In this document: positions 22,956 through 36,090 of the stretch, piece after piece
Position numbering within the stretch: position 1 is the first letter of the stretch
Layout: every line of letters starts with the position of its first letter
NCBI RefSeq assembly: GCF_000143415.4
Contig: NW_003314385.1
Span: 91,296-155,295 of the forward strand
Length of the DNA: 64,000 nt
Direction of reading: 5' to 3'
Source: Selaginella moellendorffii
Lineage: Eukaryota; Plantae; Lycopodiophyta
The notes under the pieces: model-generated
What the model saw: the letters and a program-made list of their open reading frames with translations, nothing else
Databases searched by the model: none
What the model was told of the DNA's origin: nothing
Translations under genes and position numbers: made by a program

Positions 22956-25283
22956 CTACACCACTTCCAAAGAATGACCGCCCTTGTGCTCCGGTCTCGG
23001 CATTGCTTCCAGGGCCAAGGATTTCTTCACGTCCATATCCGACATGCTCTTTTGCCTGCGCTGCACGTCCAGGCCACAGCTGGTCTTGGACGCCGGAACC
23101 TCCTTGAACTGAAACTCGGACGATCCAAAACTCTGGCGCTTGTCACCTCGGTCGTCGCACATTGCGAGCTCTTCGAGTGATGGCCGGCCACAGAAGCGCA
23201 TACCGGGCTTCTGCTTGTATCTGTCTCTCAGCTCTAGCACTGCCTGCTCGTGCTGTCTCCGGAGTTGCCTCAGCTCCTGCTCTTGCTTGTGTGCCAGCAC
23301 CGCCATCTCCCACTCAAGTGGATCGTCAATCCCAGCACTAGAGCCTTCTTCCTCGCATGATGACCCCTCCTCTGGAACAGCACCGGCATGCTCGGGTCTC
23401 TTGTCTGGAACTGGCGTCGAATGGAAGTCCCACAACTTTGCTGTTTCCTGATTCTCTCTCGGAGTCGCGTGAGATCTCATTGGCAACGACTGATACGTAA
23501 ACTCCTCGAATCGTCCGTGCATTGTTCCCTCCAAGTTCTGTGGTGAAAGGCTCTCGACTTCGGAGTTTCTGGAAGATACTGTCTCGCAAGTGTCGATATC
23601 GTCGGTATCGTGAAGGATGGTGTCTTCTCTGTGTTCTTCAAACGAAGCCCCGGGTCTCCAGTGAGGGACCAGCAGCACTATCTCCGCATCGATCATATCA
23701 GCGATGGTCGTGACATCCTGGTCGGAGAGGTCTAGCTCGGCTACCATTTCACTTGCCACGCATAGTGCAGTGTCAGCTTCTACGTCGAAGGGGAAATGAA
23801 TGTTTCGAATGCAGCCTGCGATGGAAAGATTAAAGAAGCCACTTTGAGCAGAGAAGCATACCTTCCTGGTCCGCAATCCGGAGTTTTAAAAAGATTGTGT
23901 CGTCGTTTCTTCGCCTGACTCTTACTCTGAAGTCTCTGCTGCGCCGTGTCAACTCGTGGTGATTGTGATGTGCACCTCTAGGTGCCAGGTCATAAGCCAT
24001 AGCTCCAGCGTGAATAGTGGACAGCGAGTCGTCGCCATTCTCTTCGAGAATTACTTCCAGCTCGTCCATGCTGTTGTGAGGCTCGTGAACGACCCCCCTT
24101 TCCGCTGTATGGCACTGAAGAAATGGATCCATGAGCAGCTCTCTTGCTGGAAGCCTCCTACATGCTTTGGCTAGGCACTGCTCCACAAAAGCCCGCATTT
24201 GAGGATCCTGAACTTTGTTCAGCGCAGCGGGCTTCTTTCCCTGTCACAAGGAGTCACCAGGGAATTAGTAACCGGTCGGGAAACTCTAAGATTGAGCTCA
24301 CCGATGTAACCTTCTTGTAGATTTGGGCCGCATTCATGCACTCGCTGTAAGGATACTCGAAGGTGACCATCTCCAGGAGGCACATACCAAACGAGTAGAT
24401 GTCGACAAGTTCATTGTAATCCTCCTCGTACAGCTCAGGAGCCATGAACTCCGGCGTTCCTACACAGTGCATGCTCTGTGAATATCTCAGAATTCCAGCA
24501 ACCTCTTCTTGTGCTGCTTGAGCTTACCAATCACGCTATGAGCACCGTGTGCTTGCCGCAAAATCCCAGCAAGTCCAAGGTCTCCAATCTTCACTTCGCC
24601 GTGGTTTCCATTCACAAAGATGTTGTCACACTTGAGGTCGCGGTGTATGATCGGTGGATCATGGCTGTGCAGATAGAGAAGCCCCCGCAGAATCTGCCTT
24701 GCCCAGTGCTTGACAGCCTTCAAATCAACATGCTTGTGTTTCCTACGGTACCTGCTCTGAGAGAAAGAAAAATTGATCAAGCATCACACTTGTTTTGAGC
24801 ACAGAGAAGAAACAAAACTTACTGCCTCAAGTTCCCCGACGTGAATATCTCGGTGATGAAATTCACGTTGTTGTTCTTGGTATCCACCCACGAGTTGTAA
24901 AACTTGATGATGTTCTTGTGCTTGAGCGATTTGAGCAAGTGTACCTCCGAGTATAGGCGCTCCAAATCCTCGGGACTCCTGAGCACATCGTGGAGCTTCA
25001 CTTGATTCCAGGCAACTTCGATCCCATCGATCTCATCGAAAGCCTTGTATCTGTCACGATTGACAAGTTAAAGCCAAGGAAGCGCAAGAGAAGACAACTT
25101 ACACAGTCTTGAAAGCCCCTTTGCCGAGTAGCTCCTTGTACTGCGCGGGCATGAAGCGTTAGATTACTCTTTTATCATCATCGCATCGCTAAAGCAAGCA
25201 CATACCCGGCCATAGCGACCAGTTGGATCGACTTCCACGAATTCTGCCTCATCCTCACTGCCTAGATCCAGCTGAGAGCTCAT
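22956..25283 (-). CDS. WNK: WNK (with-no-lysine) protein kinase
   Basis: [75 protein letters not shown]-terminal [26 protein letters not shown]. Confidence 0.95.
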
Positions 25284-25649
25284 TCTAGAAGCAAGAAATC
25301 TGGATCTCGATCGATTCTCACACTGATGGAGCTGCGCCTCCGCCTGGCAGCCGTCGCCGGTGCGCATTGGATGGATCCGTGGAGCTAGAAGATCACGCTA
25401 CCCTCCATTGCCCGACTACTTAGGTCGAGGAGCTAGCTAGGTTTACCCACCCAACACACACCCAACCCACACACACTCTCCACACATCACACACGCACGA
25501 GTTACTCCTAATTAAAATTCTATTAACACATAAATGGTTTAAACGCCGTGGATCTGGGTTAAGCTTGAAAAGCATCTTTCCGCCATACAGCGCCAAGGAG
25601 CTAGCTAGTGAAATGGTGGAGCGCGAGAGTGCTAGGGCAGGGGCTGGGA

Positions 25650-27707
25650 ATGGAGGCTCTGGCGCCGCGGGCGCTGCTGCTAGCCGCCGCTCCTCGATCC
25701 AATGCCAGAATCTCCATCGCCTCCCGGCGGCCGTGCCACAGGAGGATAGTGTGCTGCAGCCACAAGCGGGTGAATTCCGCCACGGTGAGCCTGGAATGGC
25801 TGACATCGCTGGTTTCTGGAAGAGGGCGCGGCGAGACTGCTATTCCGACTGCCCAGGTGAGGCTCGAGGACTTGACCAAGCTGCTCCAAGGCTCGCTCTT
25901 CTTGCTGCTGTTCAAGTGGATGGGAGAATGCGGCCCTGTGTATCGACTCACTGGAGGGCCGATTAACTTCATCGTGCTCAGCGATCCCGCCGCTGCCAAG
26001 TACGTGCTAAAGAACTATGGGAAGTACGCCAAAGGCCTTGTTTCCGAGGTGGCCGAGTTTCTCTTTGGCTCTGGATTCGCGACTGCTGAGGGTCAGATAT
26101 GGATGGTGAGGTTTTTTTAGCGACTAGCCAACTTCTACTAGAAGTGCTCATGATCGTTCTCTCCTTGCAGACTCGCCGAAGAGCGGTGGTTCCATCTCTT
26201 CATCGTAACTTCTTATCCACAATGGTGGATGGGGTCTTTTGCAAGTGCTCCGAGCGGCTTATTGACAAGCTTGACAAGGTCGCGCAGACAGGAGAGGCAG
26301 TGAACATGGAGGCTCAATTCTCTCAGTTGACACTGGACGTGATTGGCTTGTCGGTCTTTAACTACGATTTTGATGCGCTGACGACCGATAGCCCTGTGAT
26401 CCAGGCTGTTTACACGGCTCTCAAGGAAACGGAATCTCGTGCTACAGACTTTGTTCAGTACTGGAAGGTACTCGGTGTAGAAAGATGTCGTGCACTCTTA
26501 CCATTTGCGTGCAATGCAGGTGCCTTTGCTTTGTCAAATTGATCCGAGACAGCGAAAGGCCGCCAAGGCGGTTTCTCTCATTCGAAACACTGTTGAGGAT
26601 TTAGTTGAAAAGTGCAAGAAGATTGTTGACACTGAAGGGGAGTGTTTGGAGGGCGAGGAGTACGTGAACAAGTCCGATCCAAGTGTTCTTCGGTTTCTCT
26701 TGGCAAGTCGTGAAGAGGTACGTCACGCAACGGTTTTTCTTCACAAAAAAATACTCTTTCCTTCTGATGTAGGTGTCAAGCCAGCAGTTAAGAGACGATC
26801 TTCTGTCAATGCTAGTTGCGGGACATGAAACCACAGGTTCCGTTTTAACTTGGACAGTATATCTCCTAAGTAAAGTGAGCAAGTAGCCTCTTCTATCGTC
26901 ATTATGTTTAAGTGTGGATTTTCTTATTTTCTTTGTTTTTTTTGTTTTTTTTTTTTTGCTAGAATCCTTTGGTGCTTGCCAAAGTGCAAGAGGAGCTGGA
27001 CACTGTCTTGAACGGTCGTAAGCCCACAGTCGCAGACACGAGAGAGCTCAAATACCTTACACGTTGTATCAACGAGTCCATGCGTTTGTATCCTCATCCT
27101 CCTGTATGTCTGCGTAGTAGACACGGTCTTGTTACTAATTTTCTTCTTGCGCAGGTGCTCATTAGAAGAGCTCAAGAACAGGATACACTGCCTGGCGGAT
27201 ATAAACTGGAACGCGGCCAGAATGTCATGATATCTGTGTATAACATACATCATTCACCAGCTGTAAGCTTCAAATCGCATGTTGAATGTTTCCTGATATT
27301 CATAATCACACGCAGCTCTGGGAGCGAGCAGAAGATTTTGTTCCAGAAAGGTTCGATCCAGATGGTCCCATCCCGAACGAATCGAACACAGACTTCAGGT
27401 GCGGCTAGTAATTTTATTATGGAGCTCTGCTCACTTCGAAAGTTACTCGATTGGCAGATACATCCCATTCAGCGGAGGGGCTCGAAAGTGTGTTGGAGAC
27501 CAGTTTGCAATGCTGGAAGCACTTGTCACACTAGCAATGCTGCTCCAACGTTTTGAGCTCGAGCTGGTTCCTGGTCAAGATATTGGGATGACGACGGGTG
27601 CAACAATACATACGACTAAGGTAAGAGTACGTATACAGTGGAGGAGACCATTGACAGGTCTTTGTTGTGCGTTGTAGGGTCTCTTCATGACGGTAAAGCG
27701 ACGATGA
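25650..27707 (+). CDS. CYP97C1: Carotenoid epsilon-ring hydroxylase CYP97C (LUT1)
   Basis: [38 protein letters not shown], heme motif [25 protein letters not shown]. Confidence 0.92.
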
Positions 27708-27779
27708 GAGTAACAGTTTTCTAGAAAAGAAGAAATTTAATCCGCGGATACAATAATAATCAACGATGAGAGTCATGGC

Positions 27780-27805
27780 CGTTCCTTTCAAGGTGGGCTT
27801 GTTCT
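27780..27805. promoter_or_regulatory. AW-box plus CTTC/MYCS-like motif upstream of STR
   Basis: Minus-strand CCTTG-AAAGGAA-CG fits CnTnG(N7)CG at 27780-27793; CTTGTTCT at 27798-27805. Confidence 0.5.
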
Positions 27806-28133
27806 CATCTCGAGCCGTATGTTTCTTCAAGTGCTGTTTCCGTAGAGCTAGGAAGGAATCTTCTATTTCCTGTAAGGACAAAGGTGGAAAAGCTGGCAGT
27901 CTGGACAAACGGCCAGCTGAAGAGGCGAAGTGAAGGACAAGTATACCATCTTTGCCAGAATCGCCAGGAACTAGAGGCCTCAATTCCACCTCTCCATCAG
28001 AGAATGAAATGCCTGTGGGAACTCAGGAAGAAGGCGTCCTTTTCTTAGGGGGGTAGCCATCTGCTGGCATAAGTATGGTATGAAGTAGCAGAAGCAAGTA
28101 GCATCGAGCGCAAGCAGCAGCGGCAGCAAATTC

Positions 28134-30575
28134 ATGGCTCGTCAGAAGCACAACGGATTACACCGCCACGATCAGCCGACCCTGCAAAACTTACTGGGAA
28201 GTGCGACGCCATATAGCCATGCTGGAAGTGAGTACAGCGAGAAGAACGACAAGCTCTACGGCCCGGGCCTGGTATTTGAAGATCTCTTGTACAGTGTGAG
28301 CAAGAAAGTGAAGAAAGAAGGCAAGTCGGTGGTGACTTCAGTGGATTTGCTGCATAACATCTCGGGCGAGGCACTCAAAGGCCATGTCACTGCTGTTCTC
28401 GGGCCGAGTGGAGCTGGGAAGTCGACTTTCCTGGACGCTCTAGCAGGCAGGATTTGCAAAGGAAGCCTGCGAGGCCGAGTGACGGTGGATGGCAGGGCAG
28501 TGAGTACAAGCATGATGAAGAGAATATCTTCATACGTGATGCAGGACGATCAGCTGTTTCCCATGCTCACAGTGTACGAGACGTTTCTTTTTGCGGCTAA
28601 CGTTCGGCTTCCCAGTGCGTTCACTCCGGAGGAGAAGAAGGCGCGTGTCGAAGAACTGATCACGCAACTTGGCTTGGAGGTGAGTTGTTTAAGCTAAACG
28701 TGTACGCTTAGACTTACATGTGATTGTTTTCTCCTGTAGCATGCAGCTGATACGTACATAGGCAACGAAGGAGTGAGGGGTGTCTCCGGCGGAGAAAGAA
28801 GGAGAGTGTCAATTGGCGTGGATATCATCCACGGGCCATCTCTCCTCTTCCTTGACGAGCCAACTTCGGGATTGGATTCCACGAGTGCATTCGTTGTGGT
28901 GGAACGTCTGAGGGACATTGCGCAGCGGGGAAGCACAGTTATTCTGACCATTCACCAGCCGTCCTACCGCATTCAGCAGTTGCTCAATCGGCTCATTGTT
29001 CTTGCGAGGTAGGCATGTTTAAACTCTAGCTAGCTCTTATTACAGCTTTGAGTGGATCTGCTTCTCAGGGGGAAACTGATCTACTTAGGAAAGCCTGATG
29101 CGCTCGAGGACCACCTTGCAGGCCTTGGACGGCCTGTTCCCGACGGGGAGAATGCACTGGAGAACCTCCTGGACGTTATCAAAGAGTATGACGAGTCGGA
29201 CTTGGGTTTGGAACCTCTGGTGCAGTTCCAGAGGGATGGCGTTCGACCGGATGGGCTTGGAGCAGAAGCGACGCCACTGCCATCCAAGAACAGGAACAGG
29301 AATTACTACCAAGTCGACGCCGAAGATGACAATGACTTCGACCGCTCCCTTCCAAAGAGCATGGCCATGACTCCCTTGCACAACGATCCCAGGCTTGCGG
29401 CTCAGTTTTACAGGGAGTTCTCCGCGTGGCTGTACAACGAAGCCATTGACACGTTAAGACGGACTCCGGCGAGGACACCGGCAAGAGCTTTACGGGGGCC
29501 AACACTCTCTGCATGGAGGACGCCTATAGTGGCACCCGAGAAGCAACAGCGGCAGCAGCAGCAGCCAGTGGACGTTTCGGTGTCTTGCACCGTTGCTCTG
29601 GATGACCGCTTCCAGCCGGCCCACGCGCCATACTCGGATTTCAGCACCGATGACGAGGAGGAGTCGGAGGAGTGGAGGCACAAGTTTGCAAACCCATGGT
29701 CGAGAGAGCTGGTGGTTCTCATGTGGAGGAACTACAAGAACGTGTACAGGACACCCGAGCTCTTCCTCTCCCGCGAGCTGGTGATTGTGGTGATGAGCGC
29801 AATGCTGGCGACACTCTTCAAGCGGCCAAAGGACACTCTGGACGGCGTGAACGAGCTCATGAACTTCTACATCTTCGCGGTGTGCCTGCTCTTCTTCTCC
29901 TCCAACGATGCCGTGCCCACCTTCATCCAGGAGCGATTCATCTTCATCCGGGAGGCGTCGCACAACGCGTACAGGGCCTCCTCGTACGTGATCGCCAACC
30001 TCATCGTCAACCTCCCCTTCCTGGCCATCCAGGCGCTCACGTTCGTGGTGATCACCTGGTGGACTCTCCGCCTCCACGGCAGCGTCTTCACCATCTGGCT
30101 CATCCTCTTCGCGTCGCTCATCACAACAAACTCGTTCGTCATGTTCGTCAGCGCCGTGGTTCCAAACTACATCATGGGCTACGCGGTCGTCATCGCCATC
30201 ACCGCGCTCTTCTTCCTCAACTGCGGCTACTTCCTCAAGCGCTCCCAGATCCCCGGGGTGTGGCTGCCGCTGCACTACATCTCCACCATCAAGTATCCCT
30301 TCGAGGCGCTGCTCGTCAACCAGTTTGACAATGGCTACCACGCGTGCTACGCGAATGGGCCCGTGTTCGAGAAGCCGGGGCCGCTGGGCAAGGTTCACAC
30401 AAGCGTAACGTCCAACTCGTCGTGCACGGTGGATGGAACCGACGTCCTCAAGACCATGGACATGGGTGGCGCGCGAATCGGGGTGGACGTTTTGGTCCTG
30501 CTGGCCTGGGGGGTGTTTTACAGGCTGCTCTTCTACGTCATCATCAGGTTCTACTCCAAGAACCAGCGGCATTAG
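28134..30575 (+). CDS. STR: Half-size ABCG transporter STR (stunted arbuscule)
   Basis: [102 protein letters not shown] are STR-clade signatures; two introns. Confidence 0.88.
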
Positions 30576-30811
30576 ATCTCTTCTCTATGATATTTCGATA
30601 AAGCTCTAGCGATCATAAGATCACTAATAAGTACTAGCGCAATAAAGACTAAGTTTCGGATCATCCTACGTGGCGGCTTCCTGGCGTGTGATTCGTGCTT
30701 GGCCTATCCGCGTTCTATCCACACCATCCCTGGGCTTGGAGGTGAATCCACACACACCATCACTCACTAGTGCTCTTGAGTTTCAAGGGCGCGATTGCTA
30801 GCACAGCAAAG

Positions 30812-31438
30812 ATGCAGGCTCTGGCAGCAATGCAGGCGTCTCCAATGTCGAGCGTGCGCTCCACCATCAGCAGCATCGCCAGCAGCAGTGCTAGCAGTGG
30901 GAGCAGCAGCTTCTTCCAAGGTCAGTCCAAGATGACTGTCTCCATGGCGGGTGCGCGAGTGAGCATGATGGCGACGGCGGACAAGGCAGCAGCACCAGCG
31001 CCGGCGGGATTCACCCCGCCAGAGCTCAAGCCCGACACTCCATCACCGATCTTCGGCGGCAGCACGGGCGGGCTGCTGCGCAAGGCACAGGTGGAGGAGT
31101 TTTATGTGATCACCTGGGAATCGGGCAAGGAGCAGATCTTCGAGATGCCCACGGGCGGCGCCGCCATCATGAGATCCGGGCCCAATCTCCTCAAGCTCGC
31201 GCGCAAGGAGCAGTGCCTGGCGCTGGGCACGCAGCTGCGCTCCAAGTTCAAGATCAACTATCAGTTCTACAGGGTGTTTCCAAACGGCGAGGTGCAGTAC
31301 TTGCATCCCAAGGACGGAGTGTACCCCGAGAAGGTGAACCCCGGGCGGAAGGGCGTGGGCGTCAATCTCAGGTCCATTGGCAAGAACTGCAACCCGGTGG
31401 ATCTCAAGTTCACTGGCAAGGCCGCCTACGACGTCTAA
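30812..31438 (+). CDS. PsaD: Photosystem I subunit II
   Basis: [50 protein letters not shown]; transit peptide; intronless. Confidence 0.97.
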   Translation: MQALAAMQASPMSSVRSTISSIASSSASSGSSSFFQGQSKMTVSMAGARVSMMATADKAAAPAPAGFTPPELKPDTPSPIFGGSTGGLLRKAQVEEFYVITWESGKEQIFEMPTGGAAIMRSGPNLLKLARKEQCLALGTQLRSKFKINYQFYRVFPNGEVQYLHPKDGVYPEKVNPGRKGVGVNLRSIGKNCNPVDLKFTGKAAYDV

Positions 31439-32428
31439 GATCTCATTTCTAGTTCTCCGTGTAAACCATGAAACTTTAAAAGCAGTCCATGGGCCTTGCA
31501 TCTCTCACCTTTGAGTAAATGGATCTCGATCGAACTGTGTAAATCTATCTTCTCTTCGTTCCATCTTTTCTTCATTTTTTAAGTAATGTTTATGATAACA
31601 AAGAACGCAAGTTTGAAAAGCTTGTACTGCATGTGGTGGTGTTCTCAGGTATGAAAAGTTTGTTCACCTCAGTATCTACTGCAGCTAGGTAGACGTTTCA
31701 GTCTTGCCTTTGTCCATTTGAACCTACATATAAACATACACTTTAAATCATATTGAAAACTATGGTGTATGATTCTTCATATCCTTTCATCTCTTCTTGT
31801 ACAAGATTCTTGTGTAGAATCACATATGTTACATATGAAAACTTTTTAAATCATGAATTACCTTTATGTTGCTAGTAATGTTTATATGCTTATGTATACA
31901 TAGGAAATAAATGGGGAAAATCATTCTTACACTGCCGCAAACATGGACACAAGGAAAACCATATGGTATGTATATGTTGTAACTGAGAATGTATGTTTAC
32001 AACAACAAAAAAAAAACAATACCTTATACAAAATCTACTACAACACTGTTATTTTAGAGCTTTTGGAAGATTTACACCTCCCATTCCCCATTAACCTCAA
32101 AATATTAGAGGTGGGGATTCCACAATTTTTTTCATTTCTAAAGATGGAAGTATACCTTATGGTTACTAAAAGAAATTATATTTTGAACATCAAAGACAGA
32201 TAAACATTTTTATGAAGTAGAAGAAGCTGGGCTATGGATTAACACTCACATGTTGTTGGGCCTCAAGTGTTCATGAGAAAGGTAAAGAAGGGGTCACAAT
32301 CGTCGTGTCTCAGGTCCAACGCCTGGGGAAGAAGTTGACGAGCGTTTCATCTCCTTGATATATATACGCTCGTGGCAGCAGCCTTGAGTCGACGTGGCAG
32401 ATTGGCTGGCAGTTTAGGGCAGCGCAAA

Positions 32429-34309
32429 ATGAAGCGCAGGAGGGAGGAGGAGAATGGAGGAGGAGGTGAGATCGACGAGGCGCTCCTGGCGGCACTCGAG
32501 TCGTCGTCGAGCGGCGCGGGCGCAGGAGGAGGAGGTGGGGCGGCGGTGGAGCTGCTGGACGTCAAGGGCGTCAAGAAGATGGTGCTGGCGTTTGAGCGCA
32601 AGCTGCGGGACAACATCGAGGCCCGGATGAAGTACGTGGATCAGCCCGACAGGTTTGTGGAGTCGGAGGTGGATCTGGACGAGGAGCTCAAGAAGATGCA
32701 CGCATTGGCAGCCAGCCCCGATTTGTATCCGGAGCTCGTCCGGCTCAAGGTAGTGGGATCCATCGTGAGCCTCCTCGGCCACGAAAACACCGATATCTCC
32801 ACCGACGTTGTCAATCTCCTCAACGAGCTCACGGACGGGGACGTGATCGGCGACAACGAGCCGGCGGGCCTCCTCGTGGACGAGCTCGTCTCCAGCAATG
32901 CGCTGGAGCTGCTCGTCCAGAACTTGTCGCGGCTGGACGAGGCCGACCCGGACGAAGCGGCCGCGGTGTTTAACTCGCTCTCCATCGTCGAGAACCTGAT
33001 CGAGGTGAGGCCGGCGGTGGTGGAGCTCGTGTGCGAGAGGAGCAAGCTCCTCAAGTGGCTCCTCACCAGGATCAAGGTGAAGGAGTTTGACAGCAACAAG
33101 CTGTACGCGAGCGAGATCCTGGCTATACTGCTGCAGTCGAGCGCCGCCAACCAGCTCCGGCTGGGACAACTCAACGGTGTGGACACTTTGCTCCAGAGTG
33201 TGGCGCTCTACAAGTCGAGGGATCCCAAGAGCAGCGAGGAGGAGGAGATGCTGGAGAACCTGTACGATTGCCTGTGTAGCGTTGTGATGCATCCGGACAA
33301 CAAGGACAAGTTTGTCAAGGCCGAGGGTGTGGAGCTCATGGTCATTATCATGAAGCAGAAGAAGAAGCTGGCCTACGGATCAGCGCTCAAGGCTCTCGAC
33401 TTCTCACTCACCAAGTGCTCCGATGCCTGCGAGAGGTTTGTGGACGTGTTGGGCCTCAAGAGCTTGTTCCCGGCATTCATGGGAAAGGTAAAAAAGTGGC
33501 TACGATTACAAGGTAACAATTCGGTCTTGCGTTTCAGGTCCCAAAGAAGTCTGGGGAAGAAGTGGATGAGCGTTTGATATCCTTGATATACTCCTTGTTC
33601 GGTAAAACGTCTTTCATTTTGTTGCCTTTTTATAAGTTTGTGTTTTTGTTGCAGCTGGGCTGACCAAGGACGCCAGCAAGGAACGGCTGCTGAGCAAGTT
33701 CGAAGAGAATGAATACGAGAAGATCGATCGGCTCATGGAATTCTTTGTCAAGTTAGCAGCAGCAGTCATGGTGTAGATTCTTCTAACTTGAGCTCTGTTT
33801 TGCAGGTACCACAACCGGGTGAAGGCGGAGTCGAAGAAGCTAGATGCGGAGAGCTTTGAGGAGGTACTTCTCTTGTTTCTTCACTGGTACTGATTTTCCT
33901 GCGGGATCTGCAGCTGGACGAGGACGACAAGTACTTGAAAAGACTAGACGCCGGGCTTTTCACGCTGCAGGTACACGTGACTCTAGAAAACCTGACAACA
34001 CTTTGTGTATTGCTTGCAGCTACTTGCGTTGATTCTCGCGCACATATGGCTCTCCAAGTACGTAGATTTTTGTTCTTCTCAACTGTTGATCTCCTTCCTT
34101 TGTTTGTAGGCTCCCGGGCGTGCAAAGTCGCATCGACCTTTTACTGAAGCAGCAGCGGCTGTCTAGAGAAGACGTCAAATCTGTATTGCAGGTAGAGTCC
34201 ACTGCTATTTTATGTGTCACTGACGTCTAGGCAATTACAGGAGTATCGTGACAATGTGGACGATGAAGGGGGTAAGGCTAGTGTCGAAGCCTTTATAAGT
34301 GCAATGTGA
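32429..34309 (+). CDS. CTNNBL1: Beta-catenin-like protein 1 (Prp19-complex ARM protein)
   Basis: RMKYVDQPDRFVESEVDL, LLGHENTDI, NKLYASEILAILLQ, KFVKAEGVELM, KFEENEYEKIDRL, RLDAGLFTLQ. Confidence 0.92.
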
Positions 34310-35599
34310 TCGGGAAAAGACCCTTTTCGGGGATGACCATCTGGGACAGGGGCCATGCTCTCGACAGCATTGAAGAAGATATGATCAGCAGCTATGGAAG
34401 ATATCTCTCTACTCCCTGCTTGTGTCGACCCATGATGAACTGTTTTGCGACAAATTTTGGTGTTCGCTGCTAAAGGTTTCTTTGCGATCTCACTCGCTTC
34501 AAGTTCGCGTTTACGAAGTGGCGTGTGGCTTCAGATCTGGTGAGGGCACCATATTTGCCTACTGAGATTACAAAGACTTCAATATATTATGTTTTACATC
34601 TTGTCGTGCCCAACTAAGAAGAATAAGATTGAATCCAGCACATCAAAGAGAAGAGCCTTGTGTCTAACAGGTAAAGCACGATGGTGCTTTACCTGTGTTT
34701 GATCAGTGTTTGATTATGCTGCTCTTTGTTTGTGGAGTACTCAGTTTGTCACCTTTCCAGCATCAAGTTCTACACGGGATTGGTCCCACTTGTCCTCAAT
34801 GCCTTCGGAAGTTTTGCAGGAAAAAGACTTGTTTTCAGGGGAGCCTTGGGTTGTTGCATAGACATTCTGTACTGGAGGAAGATGAATACTGTGATGTTAT
34901 TCTCAAGAAGTTTGACAAGACCAGTTGCTGCAGTGAAAAAGAATGCTCAGGAATGCAGATTGGACATGCATAGATGGCATATATGCAAGACAACTGCTTA
35001 CAAATAATTACTTGATCAGTTAGTCTTCTTTGAGCTGATGTGAAATTTTAAGTGGGTTCAAATTACAACCACCGCTTAATATGACAAATGTGAAAATGAA
35101 CTTGAGATTCTCATGGTTTCTGAATGTGTATGATTTTATTCATAGTATATTCTCTTGAATTTTGCAAGTTCAAAATCCAATGTGTGTAATATACAAAAAT
35201 GGATAGAGACCGTCTATTTACTAAAATTAGGTTATTTATCTATCTATCTCTCTCTCCCTCTTTTTCTCTCTCTCTATATGTGTGAGTATGGGATCCAAGT
35301 GTACAATTATAATCTTGTATTAGCATAATGGGATTTTGATAGCCATTAGATTTTTCAATTCAAACCACTTATTTTTGTATATAAACAGGGTTTCTTTAAT
35401 GCATATTTTTGTATTCCATACACTTATATAATGGAGATGAGGGGCAACTCTAATCACCTTTGTAGATTTATGATTTTAGTTTTGATTTAACTTTTACATT
35501 GTCTAAATATCTTTTATATTTATAACTTTTCCCATTTATTCTCTTTTGTTTTTCTTCCTTTAGTTCATCTTCAAAATCAATAAAGTGTCTTACACTAAC

Positions 35600-36090
35600 C
35601 AAAAAGACCATTCCCCTTCTTTTTCACCATTACATTCTTTGGGATAGGCCAACACAAGCCTTAAGGTACTCTCCCCACCTTTTGCAACTATGGTGCCTCA
35701 ACCATATAGATAGGGTGAGGTTTTGATAAGATCATATTAGTTCTTTGAAATTTTCCCTTTATTATCCTATAAAAATTTATAAAACCTTTTAAAGTCTAAG
35801 AAATTATTGATTTGGGCTTTCACCCCTCGAACTTGGACTTAGTCTCAAACTTGAACTCGGACTTAGTTTTGGTCTCAGTCTTGGTCTCAGACTCAACATT
35901 TTTCATATACTAATTCTTCTTTTGTCCTTTTCTAAAGATTTATTTATCGATCACTTCATACTCATTCCTCAAGCACTTCTTTGAGAGTTCTTTTCCCACT
36001 CTCAACTTTCCAAGTAAAAACTTTGGTTCAAATGTATTATATTTGTTCAGCTTTCACTTTGGCCACTACTATATAGCATACTTTTGGCTG
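35600..36090 (-). mobile_element. Heavily decayed LTR relic of the same family as elements A/B
   Basis: Colinear degenerate matches to the B LTR (ggtactctcc, tttgggctttcaccc, decayed gactc/ggtctc array, agcacttc..gagttc, ggccactac) with C>T/G>A erosion. Confidence 0.6.

Noticed and set aside
31500-32300. AT-rich insert between PsaD and CTNNBL1 as a possible MITE/TE remnant
   Set aside because: No terminal repeats or TSD identified.
34310-35010. Possible C/D snoRNA (ATGATGA..CTGA) or small ORFs after CTNNBL1
   Set aside because: No terminal stem or recognisable guide, and ORFs lack recognisable homology; cannot be supported without a search.
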